34,087 nt of DNA from assembly GCA_964401445.1 (NCBI GenBank), contig CAYNYN010000001.1, forward strand, positions 1 to 34,087. Reading direction: 5' to 3'. The stretch's first letter is position 1; every line of letters starts with the position of its first letter. Below the pieces are notes generated by a model that did no database searches, was not told where the DNA came from, and saw nothing but the letters and a program-made list of their open reading frames with translations. The DNA comes from an uncultured Saprospiraceae bacterium. GTDB lineage: Bacteria > Bacteroidota > Bacteroidia > Chitinophagales > Saprospiraceae. The translations under genes were made by a program, and so were the position numbers. This document shows, piece by piece, positions 27,935-34,087 of this stretch.

Positions 27935-28972
27935 ATGAAGAAAATCGTCACTTTTGGTGAAATCATGCTGCGGCTCACGCCGCCCGGCTGGCGGCGCTTT
28001 TCCCAGGCCAGCTCGTTCGACGTGATCTACGGTGGGGGCGAGAGCAACGTGGCCGTCTCGCTGGCCAACTACGGTCTGCCGGTAGAGTTCGTCACGCGCC
28101 TGCCCCAAAACGACATCGGCGACTGCGCCCTCATGGAATTGCGCAAACGGGGCGTAGGCACCCGCTGGGTCCAGCGCGGCGGCGAGCGCCTCGGCATCTA
28201 CTTCCTCGAGATCGGCGCAGTGAGCCGCGGCAGCAAGGTGGTGTACGACCGCGCCCATTCCGCCTTTGCCACCATCGAGCCCGGCATGTTCGACTGGGAA
28301 GCCATCCTGGCCGATGCCCAGTGGTTCCACTGGACCGGCATCACGCCTGCCGTGTCGCAGGGGGCGGCCGACGCCTGCCTCGAAGCCATCCGCACGGCCA
28401 ACCGCCTGGGCGTCACCGTGTCCACCGACCTGAACTACCGCGCCAAGCTGTGGAAGTACGGCAAGGAGCCCGGCGAGGTCATGCGCGAGCTGGTGGCCGG
28501 CTGCGACATCATCCTCGGCAACGAGGAAGACGCCGAAAAGCACTTTGGCCTCAAACCCGAGGGCGTCGACGTGACCCATGGCGCCACCGTCAAGGCCGAG
28601 TCCTACCTATCGGTCATGCAGCAGCTCATGGAGATGTTTCCGCGGGCCAAAAAGGTGGTCACCACCCTGCGCGGGTCCATCAGCGCCAGCCACAACACCT
28701 GGTCGGGCGCCCTGTACGACGGCAAGAAGCTCTACACCGCCCCCACCTACGACATCACCCACATCGTGGATCGCGTGGGTGGCGGCGACAGCTTCATGGC
28801 CGGCCTGATCTATGGGCTGCTCACCTGGCCCGACGACGACCAGAAAGCCCTCGACTTTGCCGTGGCGGCCAGCTGCCTCAAGCACACCATCTACGGCGAT
28901 GCCAACCTGGTCACGGTGGAAGAGGTGGAGAAGCTCATGAAAGGCGATGCCAGCGGCCGCGTGTCGCGCTGA
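27935..28972 (+). CDS. kdgK: 2-dehydro-3-deoxygluconokinase (PfkB family)
   Basis: 345 aa. The MKKIVTFGEIMLRLTPPG N-terminus is typical of KdgK. PfkB signature DRVGGGDSFMAGLIYG. Confidence 0.9.
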   Translation: MKKIVTFGEIMLRLTPPGWRRFSQASSFDVIYGGGESNVAVSLANYGLPVEFVTRLPQNDIGDCALMELRKRGVGTRWVQRGGERLGIYFLEIGAVSRGSKVVYDRAHSAFATIEPGMFDWEAILADAQWFHWTGITPAVSQGAADACLEAIRTANRLGVTVSTDLNYRAKLWKYGKEPGEVMRELVAGCDIILGNEEDAEKHFGLKPEGVDVTHGATVKAESYLSVMQQLMEMFPRAKKVVTTLRGSISASHNTWSGALYDGKKLYTAPTYDITHIVDRVGGGDSFMAGLIYGLLTWPDDDQKALDFAVAASCLKHTIYGDANLVTVEEVEKLMKGDASGRVSR

Positions 28973-29015
28973 CGGGCGCGCCCTCGTTTCACAAGCACGA
29001 AAAAAGGAAAGCACA

Positions 29016-29696
29016 ATGGCCAGATTTTCAAGAATGGAAGTGGCCCGCCTGATGGGCGAGCAGGGCATGGTACCGCTGTTCTTCCACCCCGACATCGAGG
29101 TGTGCCGGTCAGTGGTGCAGGCCTGCTACCGCGGTGGGGCCCGCCTGCTCGAGTTCACCAATCGCGGCGATTTTGCCCACGAGGTGTTCGGCCAGCTCAG
29201 CAAATTTTGCGCAAGCGAGCTGCCCGACATGGTGCTGGGCGCCGGCTCCATACCCGATGCCGCCACGGCAGCGCTCTACATGCAGTTGGGCGCCAACTTC
29301 ATCGTCACGCCCTCGCTGCGCGCCGACGTGGCCCGCGCATGCAACCGCCGCAAGGTGCTGTGGTCGCCCGGCTGCGGGTCATTGAGCGAGATCGGGCAGG
29401 CAGAAGAGCTGGGCGCAGAGATCGTGAAGCTGTTTCCGGGCAGCGTGTACGGACCCGAATTCATCAAGGCCGTGCGCGCACCCCAGCCCTGGACGCTCAT
29501 CATGCCCACGGGGGGCGTGGCACCCCAGCGCGCCAACCTCGAAGCCTGGTTCAAAGCCGGCGCCTGGTGCGTGGGCATGGGTTCCAAGCTCATGGTCAAA
29601 AAAGCCGATGGCAGCTTCGACCTCGACGCCATCGAGCAACTGACCCGCGACACGCTCGCCCTCATCCGCGAGATACGTCAGGCAGACAAGGCCTGA
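29016..29696 (+). CDS. eda: KDPG / 4-hydroxy-2-oxoglutarate aldolase
   Basis: The internal ATG at 29016 of ORF 28947..29696 gives MARFSRMEVARLMGEQGMVPLFF.... GGARLLEFTNR and the Schiff-base lysine context EIVKLFPGS are present. Confidence 0.85.
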   Translation: MARFSRMEVARLMGEQGMVPLFFHPDIEVCRSVVQACYRGGARLLEFTNRGDFAHEVFGQLSKFCASELPDMVLGAGSIPDAATAALYMQLGANFIVTPSLRADVARACNRRKVLWSPGCGSLSEIGQAEELGAEIVKLFPGSVYGPEFIKAVRAPQPWTLIMPTGGVAPQRANLEAWFKAGAWCVGMGSKLMVKKADGSFDLDAIEQLTRDTLALIREIRQADKA

Positions 29697-29704
29697 GCGC
29701 CCTG

Positions 29705-29825
29705 TTTGCCGAAAGGCAGTGCCGTCACACGAGATCAACCAGTGGGAGTTCACCGTTCACTCATGAATCCCGATATCCAGCGTCCACTTTTCCGAAGTGG
29801 GCGCTTTTTTTTGCCTTTCGGCAAA
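29705..29825. repeat. 14-bp perfect inverted repeat pair TTTGCCGAAAGGCA bracketing the eda terminator (MITE/REP-like)
   Basis: tttgccgaaaggca at 29705-29718 and its reverse complement tgcctttcggcaaa at 29812-29825. The same 13-mer core recurs at 228, 7492, 14764 and 33321. Confidence 0.6.
29779..29812 (+). terminator. intrinsic terminator ending the alginate locus
   Basis: agcgtccac-ttttccga-agtgggcgct (one mismatch) followed by eight T (29805-29812). Confidence 0.75.
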
Positions 29826-29872
29826 TGACGCCCGCGCGATGCCGAGCGGCTTTTTCTGGAGGATGCGAGGGT

Positions 29873-29960
29873 CGATGGTTGAGACTCGCTTCGCTCGATG
29901 TTGATACGCCGCTGACGCGGCGATGTTGAGACGCGGCTATGCCGCGATGTTGAGATTTGA
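29873..29960 (+). repeat. four tandem ~24-bp repeats with core CGATG(G)TTGA(G/T)A
   Basis: Copies start at 29873, 29896, 29921 and 29945 (spacing 23, 25, 24). GC hairpins cgccgc-tgac-gcggcg and cgcggc-tat-gccgcg lie between the cores. Confidence 0.7.
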
Positions 29961-29999
29961 AAACGTTGCGTGCGGTTGCTGCGTTCCGCGAGGCAAACC

Positions 30000-30150
30000 C
30001 TCAACCCTACACGCTCAACCGCATTCATGGAAACCCTGAAAATCAACTTTAAACATTAAACTTTAAACTTTAAACTCAAACACTCAACCCTCAACGCTAC
30101 ACCCTCAACCTTTTTTTGCAGGGGACTCAAACATTAAACTTTAAACTCAA
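30000..30150 (+). repeat. CTCAAC repeats (inverse of the GTTGAG cores) and a TTTAAAC microsatellite, with an internal duplication
   Basis: CTCAAC at 30000, 30014, 30083, 30090 and 30104. aactttaaacattaaactttaaactttaaactcaaaca at ~30054-30082 is partly repeated as caaacattaaactttaaactcaa at ~30128-30150. A T7 run lies at 30111-30117. Confidence 0.65.
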
Positions 30151-30321
30151 TCCCCCCTTCCACATACCCAATTCAGGGTATTTCGTGACGCAAGCCCGTG
30201 ACCTGCTTTTACTTGCCGCATTTTCGCCATATCTTGCCATTGTCTGCTTGCAGCTGCAAGCACCGCATCTACCCCACTGCAGCGAACAGAGCCTTCAAGC
30301 CATCACGTTTTTCGCACAACA

Positions 30322-30358
30322 CGCTGATTTGCAAATAAAAGCAAATCAGCGAGTTTTC
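30322..30358 (+). terminator. terminator-like hairpin 155 nt upstream of the SprB-like gene
   Basis: Perfect 11-bp stem cgctgatttgc / gcaaatcagcg (30322-30332 / 30341-30351), loop aaataaaa, then agttttc. Confidence 0.5.
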
Positions 30359-30512
30359 ATGCATCCGACATCTACCCACACTGACTTGCGACTGCCGCCA
30401 GCTTCATTGAAGTGCATGCGGCATCCCCTTCCAAGCGGAATCATTGACCAAACGGGCACGAAGAACCACTCTTTGTGACAGCGAATTATTGTCTCAAAAA
30501 ACGAATCACCCT

Positions 30513-33500
30513 ATGAACACACGCTTACCCCTCGGCAGGGCCGTCATGACCATGGCGCTCGTCTGCCTCGCATTTTCCATCAAGGCCCAGATCACGGTCG
30601 TGCTGCAGGCCACCGAGCCCACCTGCGGCGGCTTCAGCAACGGCGCCGTGACGGCCAATCCTTCCGGCGGCACGCCACCCTACACCTATCTGTGGAACAC
30701 CGGCGACACCACGCAGACCATCTACGATTTGCCGGCAGGCACCTACAGCGTCACCGTGACCGACAGCAACGGCGCCACCGGCACGGCCAGCATCACGCTG
30801 ACCGCGCCCCCGCCGCTCTGGGCGGGCATCACGCACGACAACTGCGCGCTGCCGGCCACGCTCACCGCCAACGTAAGCGGGGGCACGCCCAACTATTCGT
30901 TCAACTGGAGCACGGGCGCCACCACCCAAACCGTCAGCGGCCTGCCAGCCGGATACTACTGCGTGACCATCATGGACGCCAACCTGTGCGGCGTGGTCAC
31001 CTGCACCACGGTGGCCGCCACCGCCCTGTCGGCCCAGGTCAGCACCACCGACGCCCAGTGCAACGGCACGGGCGGCAGCGCCACGGCGACCGCCAGCGGG
31101 GGCGTGACGCCCTACACCTACCTGTGGAACACGGGCGACACCAGCGCGACCATCACCAACCTGGCGCCAGGCACCTACACCGTGACCGTGACCGATGCCA
31201 GCGGCTGTACGGCCACGGCCTCGGGCGTGGTGAATGCAGCAGGCGGCATCTCGGCCTGGCTCACCGTCAACCACCCGGTCTGCGGACAAAACAACGGCAG
31301 CATCTCGGCCAACGCCATGGGCGGCACCCCGCCCTACACCTACCAATGGAGCAACGGCATGACCGGCCCCATCATCACGGGACTGGGACCCGGCACCTAT
31401 ACCGTCACCATCACCGATGCCAATGGCTGCGTCGGCACCAAGTCGGCCACGCTCGTGGACCAGAGCACGCTCACCTTGACGGCCACGGCCACGCCCGAAT
31501 CCTGCGCCGGCGCCCACGACGGCACGGCCACCGCCTCAGTCTCGGGCACCAGCGCTGCCGTCACCTTCACCTGGAGCACGGGCGCCACCGGCGCCACCAT
31601 CACGGGCCTGGCGCCCGGCACCTACACCGTGACGGCCACCGACGCCAACGGATGCTCGGATACGGCCTCGGCTACCGTCCTGCCCGGCCCGGCATTGACG
31701 GTAAACGTGGCCACCTACGACGTCACCACCTGTGGCGGCAGCAACGGCTGGGCTACGGCCCAGGCATCGGGTGGCACGCCGCCCTACACCTACCTGTGGA
31801 GCACGGGCGCTACCGGCGCCACCGTCATGAATTTGCCGGCAGGCACCTACACCGTGACGGCTACCGACGCCAACGGCTGTAGCGGCACCGCCACGGCCAT
31901 CATCAGCGAGCCGCCCAACCTGGGCGTCAACGTAGTGGCCACACCCTACCTCTGCCCCGGGCAGAGCAGCGGCCAGGCGCTGGCCTTCGTCAGCGGCGGC
32001 ACCATGCCCTACTTCTTCCTCTGGAACACGGGCGCCACCACGCCCTCGCTCAGCAACCTCGGCCCCGGCACCTACAGCGTGACCGTGACCGACATCAACG
32101 GCTGCACGGGTACCGATACGGTGGTCATCGCCAACGCCGCCCCCGACTTCGTCCTTGACGTCATCCTCAACCCGCCGCTCTGCTACGGCGACAGCAACGG
32201 CAGCATCGAGGTGACGGGCTGGGGAGGCACGCCCCCCTATACCTACCAGTGGAACACGGGCAGCACCAACAACGTCCTGACCAACATACCGGCAGGCACC
32301 TACGTCGTCACCGTCACCGAAGCGAGTGGTTGCAGCCTGGTGGACACCATCGAGCTGACGCAGCCCGACCCCATCGTCGTCCAGACCAGCCTCACCCCCA
32401 CCGACTGCAACGGCCAGAACGGCAGCGCCTCGGTCACCGTCAGCGGGGGCACGCCGCCCTACACCTACCTCTGGAGCACCGGCGCCACCACACCCACCAT
32501 CAGCGGCCTGACGCCGGGCAGCTATAGCGTGACCGTGACCGACGGCCATTTTTGCACGGCCATAGGGCTGGTGTACCTGCCTGCACCCAACCCGCCACAG
32601 GTCGCCATCACGGGTGAGGGGCCCGACTGCCATGGCGCAAACAACGGCTATGCCTCGGCCGTGGTGACGGGCGGCGCCCCGCCCCTGTCGTACCTCTGGA
32701 GCACCGGTGCCACCACACCCACCATCATGGGGCTCGGCGCAGGCACCTACAGCGTCACCGTCACCGATGCGCTGGGCTGCAGCGACGCGGCCAGCATCAC
32801 ACTCACCGAGCCCGACGTCCTCATCATCGACGTCATCCTCACGCCACCCCTCTGTGCCGGCGACAGCAACGGCAGCATAGAGGTGAGTGGCTGGGGCGGC
32901 ACGCCACCCTACACCTATCAGTGGAACACGGGCGCCACCACGCCCATCCTCAGCGGCATCGCGGCAGGCACGTACACGGTCACCGTCACCGATGCCAATG
33001 GTTGTTCGCTTTCGCAAAACATCGAACTGCCCGAGCCCGCGCCCCTCTTCGTGGACGTGACCACCACGCCCAGCGCCTGCAACGGCGCTACCGGCACGGC
33101 CACGGCATCCGCCAGCGGCGGCACACCACCTTACACCTACCTATGGAGCAACGGCCAGACCGGACCAACGGCAACGGGGCTGGCACCGGGCACCTACACC
33201 CTCACCGTCACCGATGCGCACAACTGCTCGAAGGCAGTGGTGGTGACCATCATCCAGCCCGACCCGCCCTCCGTGAGCATCCAGGCCACACCCGTGAGCT
33301 GTCCGGGCGCCATGGATGGCAGCCTTTCGGCAAATGCCACCGGCGGCACGCCACCCTACACCTATCAGTGGAGCAGCGGCCAGACCGGGCCGGTCATCAC
33401 GGGACTGGCCCCCGGCACCTACGGCCTCACGGTGACCGACGCCAACGGCTGCGCGGCCACCCAGTCGGCCACCCTCACCGAGCCGGCACCGATGGTGCTC

Positions 33501-34087
33501 GAGCTGACCAGCAGCCCCGAGAGCTGCATGGGCTACAACGACGGCGCGGCCATGGTGCTCGTCGTCGCCGGAGGCACACCGCCCTATAGCTACCTGTGGA
33601 GCAACGGCGCCACCACGGCCACCATCACGGGTCTGGCCCCCGGCAGCTATGCCGTCACCGTCACCGACGCCAATGGCTGTACGGCCAGCGGCACGGTAGC
33701 CGTAGCCATGGGCACCAACCTGCAACTGAGCATCACACCCTTCCCCGTAGCCTGCCATGGCGACTCGACCGGTGCAGCAGCCGTCACCGTCAATGGCGGC
33801 GGAGGCCCCTTCACCTACCTGTGGAGCAACGGCCAGACCGGTTCCCTGGCGACGGGCTTGCCGGCGGGTACCTACAGCGTCACCGTGACCAACAGCCTGG
33901 GCTGCAGCGCCACGGCCACCACTACCGTCACCGAACCATCCGCACTGCAACTGACGCTCACGGGCACCAACCCCGCCTGCCACGACAGCAATGACGGCAC
34001 GGCGGCGGCCACGGCCGGCGGCGGCACGCCACCCTATGCCTTCGCCTGGAGCACGGGCGACAGCACGGCAGCCATTGCAGGGCTCGG
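30513..34087 (+). CDS. giant SprB-repeat cell-surface/gliding-type adhesin, N-terminal 1191 codons (3' end beyond window)
   Basis: Absent from the ORF track because it is open to the right edge. Hand translation from the ATG at 30513 gives signal peptide MNTRLPLGRAVMTMALVCLAFSIKAQ. This is followed by 16 units of ~72-76 aa of the form C-x-G-x-x-NG-x-(A/V)...GGTPPYTY-x-W(S/N)-x-G-x-T...L-x-(A/P)-G-x-Y-x-V-T-V-T-D-x-x-GC, which is the SprB repeat pattern. There are no stops in this frame. Confidence 0.9.
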   Translation, partial: MNTRLPLGRAVMTMALVCLAFSIKAQITVVLQATEPTCGGFSNGAVTANPSGGTPPYTYLWNTGDTTQTIYDLPAGTYSVTVTDSNGATGTASITLTAPPPLWAGITHDNCALPATLTANVSGGTPNYSFNWSTGATTQTVSGLPAGYYCVTIMDANLCGVVTCTTVAATALSAQVSTTDAQCNGTGGSATATASGGVTPYTYLWNTGDTSATITNLAPGTYTVTVTDASGCTATASGVVNAAGGISAWLTVNHPVCGQNNGSISANAMGGTPPYTYQWSNGMTGPIITGLGPGTYTVTITDANGCVGTKSATLVDQSTLTLTATATPESCAGAHDGTATASVSGTSAAVTFTWSTGATGATITGLAPGTYTVTATDANGCSDTASATVLPGPALTVNVATYDVTTCGGSNGWATAQASGGTPPYTYLWSTGATGATVMNLPAGTYTVTATDANGCSGTATAIISEPPNLGVNVVATPYLCPGQSSGQALAFVSGGTMPYFFLWNTGATTPSLSNLGPGTYSVTVTDINGCTGTDTVVIANAAPDFVLDVILNPPLCYGDSNGSIEVTGWGGTPPYTYQWNTGSTNNVLTNIPAGTYVVTVTEASGCSLVDTIELTQPDPIVVQTSLTPTDCNGQNGSASVTVSGGTPPYTYLWSTGATTPTISGLTPGSYSVTVTDGHFCTAIGLVYLPAPNPPQVAITGEGPDCHGANNGYASAVVTGGAPPLSYLWSTGATTPTIMGLGAGTYSVTVTDALGCSDAASITLTEPDVLIIDVILTPPLCAGDSNGSIEVSGWGGTPPYTYQWNTGATTPILSGIAAGTYTVTVTDANGCSLSQNIELPEPAPLFVDVTTTPSACNGATGTATASASGGTPPYTYLWSNGQTGPTATGLAPGTYTLTVTDAHNCSKAVVVTIIQPDPPSVSIQATPVSCPGAMDGSLSANATGGTPPYTYQWSSGQTGPVITGLAPGTYGLTVTDANGCAATQSATLTEPAPMVLELTSSPESCMGYNDGAAMVLVVAGGTPPYSYLWSNGATTATITGLAPGSYAVTVTDANGCTASGTVAVAMGTNLQLSITPFPVACHGDSTGAAAVTVNGGGGPFTYLWSNGQTGSLATGLPAGTYSVTVTNSLGCSATATTTVTEPSALQLTLTGTNPACHDSNDGTAAATAGGGTPPYAFAWSTGDSTAAIAGL
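30666..34051 (+). repeat. coding tandem repeats, period ~216-228 bp (16 SprB units)
   Basis: ggcggcacgccaccctacacctat-type cores recur near 30666, 30883, 31098, 31321, 31546, 31770, 31994, 32222, 32444, 32669, 32896, 33117, 33343, 33571, 33796 and 34019. Confidence 0.85.

Noticed and set aside
29873-29960. ~24-bp tandem repeats considered as a mini CRISPR array.
   Set aside because: There are only four degenerate copies, directly abutting with no unique spacers, and no cas genes in the window.
30116-30478. 120-aa plus-strand ORF (TTG start) in the spacer upstream of the SprB-like gene.
   Set aside because: It starts inside low-complexity repeat DNA, crosses a strong terminator-like hairpin, and has no coding-type GC3 bias or recognisable motif.
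29705-30512. Looked for a mobile element or integration scar at the boundary between the alginate locus and the adhesin gene.
   Set aside because: No transposase, integrase, tRNA target or long terminal repeats are present. Only the short 14-bp inverted repeat pair was found, and it is reported separately at low to moderate interest.
30692-31882. 396-aa His/Arg-rich plus-strand ORF, with similar ORFs at 32249..32527, 32921..33589 and 33596..33994.
   Set aside because: They are out-of-frame readings of the SprB-repeat gene. The frame starting at 30513 gives the canonical GGTPPYTYxW repeat pattern without stops.

Overview
GC-rich chromosomal segment of a Bacteroidota-type genome. The taxon call rests on a SusC/SusD pair, an SprB-repeat adhesin, TAnnTTTG-like -7 promoter boxes and lipoprotein signal peptides. 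No rRNA, tRNA, CRISPR array, integrase or transposase was seen. Left part (1-13.6 kb): ordinary housekeeping genes. These are mqnD (partial), an RluA-family pseudouridine synthase, a CBS-pair protein, alanine dehydrogenase, an HtrA-type protease, an HD-like protein, a small outer-membrane (OM) barrel, Xaa-Pro aminopeptidase, an uncharacterised OM-barrel plus lipoprotein pair, and a GT35 alpha-glucan phosphorylase. Centre (14.0-29.7 kb): an 11-gene, co-directional alginate utilisation locus. Its order is GntR regulator, SusC, SusD, an atypical Nramp-fold transporter, PL6 lyase, PL17 oligoalginate lyase, KdgF cupin, MFS uronate permease, SDR reductase, KdgK, KDPG aldolase. Right part: a 0.8-kb repeat-rich non-coding spacer, then the first 3.6 kb of a giant SprB-repeat surface protein that runs off the window. 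Both edge genes (mqnD at 1-800 minus, SprB-like at 30513-34087 plus) are missing from the supplied ORF track and were found by hand translation. Most long antisense ORFs in the track are GC-bias shadows. Items most worth a second look: (1) a tandem array of a conserved 28-nt box, each copy followed by a different intrinsic terminator, in a 1-kb AT-rich gene desert (3.5-4.4 kb); (2) the 13-mer TTTGCCGAAAGGC, present six times exactly on both strands, in coding and non-coding DNA; (3) the Nramp-fold transporter inside the alginate locus, which lacks the canonical metal-binding motifs; (4) a GT35 phosphorylase whose pyridoxal-phosphate (PLP) lysine reads Thr; (5) an array of GATGTTGAGA repeats displayed between GC hairpins upstream of the adhesin gene.
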